Positions 11,057 to 17,570 of a stretch of DNA of 17,570 nucleotides are shown piece after piece. This stretch comes from a bacterium. GTDB taxonomy: Bacteria; UBA10199; 2-02-FULL-44-16; DYJF01. The DNA lies in the NCBI GenBank assembly GCA_041739675.1, contig JBGSNL010000028.1, forward strand, positions 1-17,570, in the 5' to 3' direction. The notes under the pieces were generated by a model. That model saw only the letters and a list, made by a program, of their open reading frames with translations, made no database searches and was not told where the DNA came from. A program made the position numbers and the translations under genes. Position 1 is the first letter of the stretch. Each line of letters begins with the position of its first letter.

Positions 11057-12210
11057 AACTTCACGAATACCAGGCCAAGGATCTCTTAAAAAAATACGGC
11101 GTTCCCGTGCCGGAGGGGCGCGTCGCGTTTGAGGTCGAAGAGGCGGTGGGGATCGCAAAGGAACTTTCAGGGCCGGTAGTCGTCAAGGCGCAGATCCACG
11201 CAGGCGGGCGGGGCAAGGGCGGCGGCATCAAGGTTGCCAAAGACGCGGAAGATGTCAGAAAACACGCGCAGTCGATTCTCGGAATGACGCTTGTCACCGC
11301 GCAAACCGGTCCGGCAGGCAAGAAGGTGAATCGCGTTCTCATAGAGCGCACTTCCGATATCGCGCGCGAGCTCTATCTCGCAGTGACCACCGATCGTTCC
11401 ACATCGCGGCCCGTCATGATCGCATCGGCCGCCGGAGGGATGGAGATTGAGCAGGTCGCGGCCGAGTCGCCTGAGAAAATTTTGAAAGAGTCGGTCGATC
11501 CGGCGGTGGGTTTTCAGTCTTATCAGGGCAGGAAACTCGCGTTCGCGCTGGGCCTCGATTCCAAACTCGTGAACTCCTTCTCGTCGGTGGCCTCGTCTGT
11601 TTATAAGACATACGTTGAAAACGACGCCTCTCTTGTCGAGATAAACCCGCTTGTCGTCACGAAAGATCAAAAAATAATGGCGCTCGATGCAAAGATCGAT
11701 CTCGACGACAACGCGCTCTATCGCCATAAAAATCTGGAAGAATGGCGCGATGTCTCGGAAGAAGATCCCGCAGAGCTCGAGGCTAAGAAATTCGATCTGA
11801 ACTACGTGAGCCTTTCGGGCGCAATTGGCTGCATGGTGAACGGCGCGGGGCTCGCAATGGCCACGATGGATATCATAAAGATTCACGGCGGTGAACCTGC
11901 CAACTTTCTGGATGTCGGCGGCGGAGCAACGAAGGAAAACGTCGCCGAGGCCTTCAAGATCATACTTCGCGATCCGAAGGTGAAGTCGATCCTCATCAAT
12001 ATATTCGGCGGGATCATGAGGTGCGACATAATTGCGGAAGGTGTCGTGGCGGCCGCCAAGGAGCTTTCGGTCCGCGTGCCGCTTGTCGTGAGACTTCAGG
12101 GAACGAACGTCGAGAGGGGGCAGGAGATTCTTAAAGACGCGAAATTGAACATCGTTGCTATCGACAATCTGGCCGAGGCCGCAAAAAAAGTTGTGGAGCT
12201 TGCAAAATAA
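11053..12210 (+). CDS. sucC: Succinyl-CoA synthetase beta subunit
   Basis: MKLHEYQAK start, [49 protein letters not shown] overlap with the sdhB stop. Confidence 0.98.
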   Translation: MKLHEYQAKDLLKKYGVPVPEGRVAFEVEEAVGIAKELSGPVVVKAQIHAGGRGKGGGIKVAKDAEDVRKHAQSILGMTLVTAQTGPAGKKVNRVLIERTSDIARELYLAVTTDRSTSRPVMIASAAGGMEIEQVAAESPEKILKESVDPAVGFQSYQGRKLAFALGLDSKLVNSFSSVASSVYKTYVENDASLVEINPLVVTKDQKIMALDAKIDLDDNALYRHKNLEEWRDVSEEDPAELEAKKFDLNYVSLSGAIGCMVNGAGLAMATMDIIKIHGGEPANFLDVGGGATKENVAEAFKIILRDPKVKSILINIFGGIMRCDIIAEGVVAAAKELSVRVPLVVRLQGTNVERGQEILKDAKLNIVAIDNLAEAAKKVVELAK

Positions 12211-12211
12211 T

Positions 12212-13078
12212 ATGTCCATCTGGATAGATAAAAAGACGAGAGTCGTAGTTCAGGGAATCACAGGTTCCCAGGGTGCGTTCCACGCGAAGGCCTGCAAGGA
12301 GTACGGCTCCCAGGTTGTCGCCGGCGTCACGCCGGGCAAGGGCGGGCAATCGGTCGAGGGCATCCCTGTTTTCAATACGGTTTACGAAGCTGTCAAAGAG
12401 ACGAAAGCCGACGCATCTCTCATTTTCGTTCCGGCGCCCTTTGCGGCCGACGCGATCTTCGAGGCGGAGGCTGCGGGTGTAGCGATCGCTGTCTGCATAA
12501 CTGAAGGAATTCCCACTTTCGACATGATCCGCGTGAAGCGCGCGCTTGAAACTTCAAAGATGCGCCTCATAGGGCCCAACTGCCCCGGCATCATCACGCC
12601 GGGCGGATGCAAGATGGGGATCATGCCGGGATGGATCCACAAACCCGGCGACATCGGCGTTGTTTCAAGAAGCGGCACTCTGACATACGAGGCTGTGGAT
12701 CAGCTGACGAAGCTGGGTCTCGGCCAGTCGACCGCCATCGGAATTGGCGGCGATCCCGTTCCCGGCACGAATTTCATAGATTGCCTTGCGGTATTTGAAG
12801 AAGATCGTGGAACGCGCGCGGTAGTCATGATAGGCGAGATCGGAGGCACTGCCGAAGAAGAGGCGGCCGATTTTATCAGGAATCATATGAAAAAACCGGT
12901 GGCGGCGTTCATCGCCGGGCAGACCGCCCCCAAAGGCAAGCGCATGGGCCATGCCGGCGCCATCATCGCGGGCGGAAAGGGCACGGCAGCTGAGAAGATT
13001 GCAAAACTTGAATCGTGTGGTATTGCGGTCGCAAGAAGTCCGGCCGAAATCGGCAAAACATTGAAGGAGGTTTTATGA
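12212..13078 (+). CDS. sucD: Succinyl-CoA synthetase alpha subunit
   Basis: [36 protein letters not shown], phospho-His motif RMGHAGA. Confidence 0.98.
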   Translation: MSIWIDKKTRVVVQGITGSQGAFHAKACKEYGSQVVAGVTPGKGGQSVEGIPVFNTVYEAVKETKADASLIFVPAPFAADAIFEAEAAGVAIAVCITEGIPTFDMIRVKRALETSKMRLIGPNCPGIITPGGCKMGIMPGWIHKPGDIGVVSRSGTLTYEAVDQLTKLGLGQSTAIGIGGDPVPGTNFIDCLAVFEEDRGTRAVVMIGEIGGTAEEEAADFIRNHMKKPVAAFIAGQTAPKGKRMGHAGAIIAGGKGTAAEKIAKLESCGIAVARSPAEIGKTLKEVL

Positions 13079-13617
13079 AAAAAGTCGTAGGTTTGATGGT
13101 ACTGTTGCTCGGTTTTTTTCTTCTCACGACTGGCTGCGAGAAGGCAAAGATGACTGAAGGGCCGGCTGCTCCAGAAGCGTCTGCGGGTGGTGAGACTATG
13201 CCTACCGGCGGCAGTGTGAACGCAGCCAATCTCATGATTCACACGGCAGGCGGTAAGGCCGTTAACGTGCCGGTGGAGATCGCGGCGACTGATGATGAGC
13301 GGATGAAAGGGCTGATGGGGCGCTCCGAGCTTCCTTTCAAGACCGGCGGAATGTGGTTCGTCTTCCCTGAGGAGGTGAAGGATCCTTTCTGGATGAAGGA
13401 CACGACTATTTCTCTCGATATCATTTTTGTGGGTCCCGATATGAAAATTGTCGATGTCAAAACAAACACCACTCCGAACTCTGAAGATAAATTGTATCCG
13501 ATGAAGGACGGTCAGGTCGCCGCATACCGTTATGTGCTTGAAGTCGGCTCCGGATTCGCTGCGACAAACAGTGTTGTGGCGGGCGATACGGTAATGCTCG
13601 GCGTGGGGCCGCAGTAA
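13075..13617 (+). CDS. DUF192-domain putative lipoprotein
   Basis: Signal peptide with lipobox (LTTG|C). DUF192 motifs VEIA...[43 protein letters not shown] and ATGA overlap with the sucD stop. Confidence 0.88.
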   Translation: MKKVVGLMVLLLGFFLLTTGCEKAKMTEGPAAPEASAGGETMPTGGSVNAANLMIHTAGGKAVNVPVEIAATDDERMKGLMGRSELPFKTGGMWFVFPEEVKDPFWMKDTTISLDIIFVGPDMKIVDVKTNTTPNSEDKLYPMKDGQVAAYRYVLEVGSGFAATNSVVAGDTVMLGVGPQ

Positions 13618-13620
13618 AAA

Positions 13621-13654
13621 TTCTCCGCCAGAGGCGGATCCGCCTTAGGCAGAA
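13621..13654. repeat. REP-like tandem palindrome (2 x TCCGCC-N3-GGCRGA)
   Basis: TCCGCCAGAGGCGGA (13624-13638) followed by TCCGCCTTAGGCAGA (13639-13653). The junction forms a perfect 14-bp palindrome AGGCGGATCCGCCT. Confidence 0.6.
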
Positions 13655-13660
13655 AAAATA

Positions 13661-13702
13661 AAAAACCCGATGAGCATGAAACTCATCGGGTTTTTCTTTT
13701 TT
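13661..13702. terminator. Bidirectional rho-independent terminator between the convergent DUF192 and PPIase genes
   Basis: AAAAACCCGATGAG-catgaaa-CTCATCGGGTTTTT stem-loop with a T-tract on the right and an A-tract on the left. Confidence 0.9.
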
Positions 13703-13714
13703 ATAATTATTAAT

Positions 13715-14848
13715 CTACTGTTTCTGTTCCGGTGCCGGCTTCACTGCGGATTCCGGTTTCTTTTCGGTTGCCGGAGCTTCTTTTGCGATCTTCTTCGCTT
13801 CCGGTTGCTTGACCTCGATCTTTATCGGAGAGGCCTTGTCTGGTGAAGGCGTTGCCAGCGTCTTTGGGGCTTCGGCCGCGGGTGCCGCCGGAGCTCCTGC
13901 CGCGCCTGCGGCTTCGCCTTCAAGTGTCGGCGCGCCTGCGCCCGCTACTCCTTCAGCCGGCTTTTCCGGTTTCTTTTCATCGGCAAATTCCACCTTGCCT
14001 TCTTTCTTCAGGTTGGCCAGAAGCTCGTTTCTTGCATCATTTCTGACCTTGAACACGATGCCGGCCTTCGCTTCTTCGAACGGCTCAAGCTCAAGTCCTT
14101 GCGTGACGGTGATGATGTGGTAGCCCTGATTTGTTTTGATCGGCCCTGAAACCTCGCCGACCTTCATCTCGAATGCCTTGTCGATTAAGGGCGCCCATCC
14201 GCGGGATTCGAAACGCTTGTCGCCCTTGGAAACCGGGCCCATATCCCCGCCGCGGTTCTTTGTTGTAGCGTCGTCGGAGACTTCCTTTGCAACAGTGGCG
14301 AAATCATCGCCCTTCTTCAGACGCGCTTCGATATCATTGGCGAATTTCAGTGCGTCGGCTTCGCTGCGCATGGTTTCTTTTTTAGCGCCCTTTTTCTGAT
14401 CCTTCTCTTTTTTCGCATCCGCCGGGTTAGCGTATTTGATCATTATCTGCGCCATTTTGAGTTTCTGGAACTCGTCGCCGTGCTCGTCATAATATTTCTT
14501 TGCAGCCTTCTCCACTTGTTCATCGACTAAGGCCTGCGCGATGATGACGCGGCGGTAGAGCTCAACCTTCGCCTTAACGTCGTCTTTTCTGCTCAAACCC
14601 TCTTTCACCGCCTCCTGATAGAGGAGTTCCTGTTCGACGAGGTTGTCCAGGAGTTTCTTTTTGCCTTCGGGGTTCACGATCTGCGCCTGGATTCGGGGGT
14701 TGATCGTTCCCAAAAATTCAAGTTCTCCCTCGGTGATCTTTGTGCCGTTGACGTTGACCAACATTTTGCCCTTGCCGGTGGTTCCGCCGCACCCTGCGAC
14801 GAGAACAACCGCCGTAAGCACGCATACCAGCATACCGATTTTCTTCAT
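13715..14848 (-). CDS. Parvulin (PpiC-type) peptidyl-prolyl isomerase lipoprotein, PrsA/foldase-like, with Ala/Pro/Lys/Glu-rich C-terminal tail
   Basis: Lipobox LVAG|C, N-domain VNGTKIT...LLDNLVEQELLYQEA, parvulin motifs DFATVAKEVSDD...RGGDMG...GEVSGPIKTNQGYHII. Start at ATG 14848 after GGAGGAGGAAAGG. Confidence 0.9.
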   Translation of the reverse strand: MKKIGMLVCVLTAVVLVAGCGGTTGKGKMLVNVNGTKITEGELEFLGTINPRIQAQIVNPEGKKKLLDNLVEQELLYQEAVKEGLSRKDDVKAKVELYRRVIIAQALVDEQVEKAAKKYYDEHGDEFQKLKMAQIMIKYANPADAKKEKDQKKGAKKETMRSEADALKFANDIEARLKKGDDFATVAKEVSDDATTKNRGGDMGPVSKGDKRFESRGWAPLIDKAFEMKVGEVSGPIKTNQGYHIITVTQGLELEPFEEAKAGIVFKVRNDARNELLANLKKEGKVEFADEKKPEKPAEGVAGAGAPTLEGEAAGAAGAPAAPAAEAPKTLATPSPDKASPIKIEVKQPEAKKIAKEAPATEKKPESAVKPAPEQKQ

Positions 14849-14890
14849 ACCTTTCCTCCTCCTTTTACGAAAAGTGTGTAAATTTTGGGT

Positions 14891-14920
14891 TTTATACACC
14901 GTTACAAAGGAATCTGTCAA
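14891..14920 (-). promoter_or_regulatory. Putative sigma70 promoter for the PPIase gene
   Basis: On the - strand: TTGACA (14920-14915), 18-nt spacer, TATAAA (14896-14891), about 40 nt upstream of the start codon. Confidence 0.6.
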
Positions 14921-14928
14921 ATCTTAAG

Positions 14929-14981
14929 GGGGACGCTTCTCATTTTCACATGGACACCAAGTGAACAGGAGAAGCGTCCCC
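14929..14981. repeat. Inverted repeat/hairpin downstream of acyP (REP-like, or terminator/stability hairpin)
   Basis: Perfect 13-bp arms GGGGACGCTTCTC (14929-14941) and GAGAAGCGTCCCC (14969-14981), with inner TTCAC/GTGAA pairing. There is no clear U-tract. Confidence 0.7.
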
Positions 14982-14987
14982 TCCTAG

Positions 14988-15260
14988 TTAATACGTGACG
15001 CTGAAGGTTCGGTATTTCCCTGTGGCCTTGGCCCACTCTACATCGACGGAATTGACCTTTGCCGCCGCCGGGCCACTATGGCACCACGAAACCAGCGCCT
15101 CAAGAGACTTTTTGTCCCCCTCGGCCATGGCCTCCACCCCGCCGTCCTCTGTATTTCTGACCCAGCCGGTAAGCCCCAGACTCGACGCTTTTTCCTGCGT
15201 ATGGGCCCTGAAAAAAACCCCCTGCACCCGCCCGTGAACCTTGATACGCACGCGTTCCAT
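14988..15260 (-). CDS. acyP: Acylphosphatase
   Basis: VHGRVQGVFFR signature, GWVRNTEDGGVE, WCHSGPAAAKV, 90 aa. Start placed at ATG 15260 rather than the ORF-track start at 15584. Confidence 0.95.
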   Translation of the reverse strand: MERVRIKVHGRVQGVFFRAHTQEKASSLGLTGWVRNTEDGGVEAMAEGDKKSLEALVSWCHSGPAAAKVNSVDVEWAKATGKYRTFSVTY

Positions 15261-15296
15261 TGCGCCATTCGTACCGCATGCGCACAAAAAATCAAG

Positions 15297-15477
15297 GGCT
15301 ATGCAAAACTCGTCGGCTTTCGGGGCTGTGGGGTTTGTGGTACGGCGTCTTTTTTGGGTTACGGCCAAAAAACGCGCCTCGCGCCTCGGCATTCGCGTTA
15401 TCATAACCATAGATGCGAACGCCTCCGTCCGCCCACAAACCCCACTGCCCCTACGCCGCCGAGTTTTTGACACAGTT
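15297..15477. repeat. Long branched inverted-repeat element (MITE-like or structured RNA)
   Basis: Nested arms AAAACTCG/CGAGTTTT (15305-15312/15460-15467), CGGC/GCCG, GGGGC/GCCCC and the perfect 13-bp GTGGGGTTTGTGG/CCACAAACCCCAC (15328-15340/15433-15445) enclose two sub-hairpins. Ends are approximate. Confidence 0.65.
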
Positions 15478-15495
15478 TCCAGGATATTCTGTTCA

Positions 15496-15711
15496 TGTGA
15501 CATGGGGCTTCCCCTGCGTGAGGACATGCCCGAAAGACGAGCCGGCAATCGCCATGCTGGCTGATAACTCATCCCCAGATCCAAGTTGAGTACGGCTTAA
15601 AAAGCCACCTTATGGATGGGCCCCGACCAAGTTCTACGATGCCGAGCCAGCATTGCGTTGGCGGCGAAGGCGAAGGGCCAAGGCCTCACGCAGGGGAAGC
15701 CCCATGCCACA
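15496..15711. mobile_element. 216-bp non-autonomous MITE-like element with 28-bp terminal inverted repeats and 6-bp target-site duplication
   Basis: Left TIR TGTGACATGGGGCTTCCCCTGCGTGAGG (15496-15523) matches the reverse complement of 15684-15711 at 27/28 positions. Direct repeats TGTTCA flank it at 15490-15495 and 15712-15717. Ends are 5'-TGT...ACA-3'. Confidence 0.8.
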
Positions 15712-15776
15712 TGTTCATGATTACAAAATTACAAAGAGGTTGCGAAGGGGCTTTTATGGCTGTATTAGTTCGCGTT

Positions 15777-16205
15777 GTGAGAATTCTATGTCTCGATATC
15801 GGTTCCAAGCGCATAGGCGTGGCCGTGAGCGATCCGATGGGTTGGACCGCTCAACCTCTGGGCGTGATCGCCCGCAAGACGAAAATGCGTGATTTTGATG
15901 AAATTTTTAAATATATTAGCCAAACCGAAGCGGAGAGGCTGCTCATTGGAGTCCCTCTCGATTCGGACGGGGGAATAGGAAAATCGGCTAAAAAGATCCT
16001 GGAACTCGTTAAAGAGATCGAGGCCTTTTTGAAAGAGAAGGAGCTCGATATCCCCATCGAAACATGGGATGAAAGTTACTCGACGGTGGAAGCTGAAACT
16101 CATCTTATTGGCGCCGATGTGAGCCGCAAGAAGAGGCGCAAGGTAATAGACAAGATGGCGGCTCAGAGAATACTGACGGATTATTTGGAATCTAAAAAGA
16201 CGTAA
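15777..16205 (+). CDS. ruvX: YqgF/RuvX family nuclease (pre-16S rRNA processing / putative Holliday junction resolvase)
   Basis: RILCLDIGSKRIGVAVSDP, IGVP, WDESYST, IDKMAAQRILTDYL motifs, and the common ruvX-mltG gene order. The start is either GTG 15777 (matching the family N-terminus) or ATG 15756. Confidence 0.93.
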   Translation: MRILCLDIGSKRIGVAVSDPMGWTAQPLGVIARKTKMRDFDEIFKYISQTEAERLLIGVPLDSDGGIGKSAKKILELVKEIEAFLKEKELDIPIETWDESYSTVEAETHLIGADVSRKKRRKVIDKMAAQRILTDYLESKKT

Positions 16206-16259
16206 TCAGTAATCAGTAATCAGTAATCAGTAATCAGTAATCAGTAATCAGTAATCAGT
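16202..16259. repeat. Perfect heptamer tandem repeat (GTAATCA)x8
   Basis: Eight exact GTAATCA units (16202-16257) plus GT. The first unit contains the ruvX stop codon TAA. Confidence 0.97.
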
Positions 16260-16281
16260 GATAACGCGTTAAGGGGGTCAT

Positions 16282-17570
16282 ATGGAAACGGGTCAAGGCA
16301 ACGAGAGCTCACTTAACAAGGCGACAAACTCGCTCAAGAAAACGTTGCGGCGGATTTTCATCGCCGTCGTCGTGCTCATAATACTGGGCATCGGTTTCGT
16401 GGGATGGTCGTTCTATGCCGCGATCTACCAGTGGCAGTCGCCCGCGGCCGCAACTGTGGAAATAGAGCAGGGACTTTCGGCTCAGGCGATAGCCCAGCTG
16501 CTTGCGGACAACGGTGTGATCAGAACGCCGCAGATTTTTTCGACATATGTCAGGCTCCGCGGTTTGGGTTCAAAGGTCAAGGCGGGCGAATATGAATTCC
16601 CGGAGGGCTTAAACGCCAATGCTGTGCTCGATATGCTGGTTAAGGGTCAGGTCAAAAAGTACCAGCTGCAGATCATCGAAGGCTGGACGATAAAAGATAT
16701 TGTGAAATACCTCTCCGAGCTCACGTTCCTCAAGGATCCGGCCATCCCGCAGGAATTTGACAGGCTCACGCACGACAAGGCCTTCATCGACTCTCTGGGA
16801 TTCAAGGATATTTCGTCGCTGGAAGGCTATCTCTTCCCCGATACCTATGAAGTTCTGCGGCCCAAAACCGCCGATGAGATAATCAAACGCATGGTTGCGC
16901 GTTTCCGCGAGATATACACGCCGGAATCGGCGGCCCTTGCCGACAAACTGGGCCAGACGCAACAGCAGATCGTGACCCTTGCGTCGATCATTGAAAAGGA
17001 GACAGGCAAGACGGAGGAAAGGCCTCTCATTTCGTCGGTCTTCTGGAATCGTTTGAGGCAGAATATGCCGTTGCAGAGCGATCCCACTATCATTTACGGT
17101 ATCCCCGATTTCAACGGGAACCTGACGCGCGAGGATCTGGACAACGTGGTAAATCCCTACAATACTTATACGCGCTTGGGTCTTCCGCCGGGGCCGATCT
17201 GCAATCCGGGAAAAGCCTCGATCGATGCGGCTCTGCAGCCGGCGAACACAAAGTATCTATATTTCGTTTCCAAGAATGACGGCACTCACCTCTTTTCGGA
17301 AAATCTTGAAGAACATCAGAGGGCGGTGGCGCAATATCAGCTGGGAAGGGCGTTTGCAGCAGGACCGGCCGAGGCGCCGCCGACTGGCGATGTGGAACCA
17401 ACTCCGCCTCCGGGCGTGACAGCCATACCGCCGTTTGTCGCACCCAAGGGCGGAACAGTGATGCCGCCTCCAACGCCCGGGATCATGCCGCAGGGAAGGA
17501 CCGTGCCCGAAATTCCGGCGCCGGCCGCCCAACCGCCAGCGGCCACACCGCAGGCGATTCCGGGACCGTC
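16282..17570 (+). CDS. mltG: Endolytic transglycosylase MltG (YceG family), 3'-truncated by the window edge, with Pro-rich C-terminal extension
   Basis: Translated by hand because it is absent from the ORF track (no stop in the window). ATG 16282 follows AAGGGGG. It has an N-terminal TM helix and the motifs VKAGEYEF, IIEGWT, LEGYLFPDTY, LASIIEKET (catalytic Glu), LQSDPT, NPYNTY..LGLPPGPICNPG and YLYFVS. Confidence 0.95.
   Translation, partial: METGQGNESSLNKATNSLKKTLRRIFIAVVVLIILGIGFVGWSFYAAIYQWQSPAAATVEIEQGLSAQAIAQLLADNGVIRTPQIFSTYVRLRGLGSKVKAGEYEFPEGLNANAVLDMLVKGQVKKYQLQIIEGWTIKDIVKYLSELTFLKDPAIPQEFDRLTHDKAFIDSLGFKDISSLEGYLFPDTYEVLRPKTADEIIKRMVARFREIYTPESAALADKLGQTQQQIVTLASIIEKETGKTEERPLISSVFWNRLRQNMPLQSDPTIIYGIPDFNGNLTREDLDNVVNPYNTYTRLGLPPGPICNPGKASIDAALQPANTKYLYFVSKNDGTHLFSENLEEHQRAVAQYQLGRAFAAGPAEAPPTGDVEPTPPPGVTAIPPFVAPKGGTVMPPPTPGIMPQGRTVPEIPAPAAQPPAATPQAIPGP

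Noticed and set aside
80..12219. Long antisense ORFs (80-1006, 4590-5618, 5309-5989, 9100-9909, 11167-12219 and others)
   Set aside because: They are shadows of highly conserved + strand genes caused by codon bias, with no recognisable motifs.
15261..15584. 108-aa N-terminal extension of acylphosphatase and the short ORFs across the intergenic region
   Set aside because: These read through GC-rich hairpin elements with no recognisable domain, and AcyP is complete at 90 aa.
15496..15711. Identity as 6S RNA, SRP RNA, tmRNA, RNase P RNA or retron msr-msd
   Set aside because: I recognise no hallmark motifs of these RNAs, there is no adjacent reverse transcriptase or zapA/ygfA context, and the TIR plus TSD fit a MITE better. 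An Rfam search would be needed to exclude them formally.
15718..15735. TGATTAC (reverse complement of the heptamer unit) and ATTACAAA x2 upstream of ruvX
   Set aside because: Too short and AT-rich to distinguish from chance.
15612..15755. N-terminal extension of RuvX starting inside the MITE
   Set aside because: No RBS, and the sequence derives from the TIR. It is most likely a chance open frame.
16202..16259. CRISPR array
   Set aside because: It is a contiguous 7-nt tandem repeat with no spacers, and there are no cas genes.
16404..17546. Short ORF-track calls in the last 1.2 kb suggesting a pseudogene or gene-poor region
   Set aside because: The region is one uninterrupted mltG frame from 16282, missed only because its stop lies outside the window.

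Overview
This window is core chromosomal DNA from a bacterium, probably a deltaproteobacterial-type lineage (inferred from gene order and protein style; no search was run). The + strand carries the 3' part of a tRNA-Leu, then tig-clpP-clpX-lon, a YkgJ-type cysteine-cluster gene, pckA, Bacillus-type sdhCAB, sucCD and a DUF192 lipoprotein gene, ending at a bidirectional terminator. The - strand carries a parvulin/PrsA-like PPIase lipoprotein gene and acyP. The + strand then resumes with ruvX(yqgF) and a 3'-truncated mltG, which is absent from the ORF track and has a long Pro-rich tail. The proteins are mostly ordinary housekeeping functions; the unusual signal is in small structured DNA elements. 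These are a 216-bp MITE-like element with 28-bp TGT...ACA terminal inverted repeats and a 6-bp target-site duplication, an adjacent ~180-bp branched hairpin element, a 39-bp palindromic segment apparently inserted in frame in the YkgJ gene, two REP-like palindromes, and a perfect (GTAATCA)8 repeat starting at the ruvX stop codon. I see no CRISPR array, transposase or defence system.
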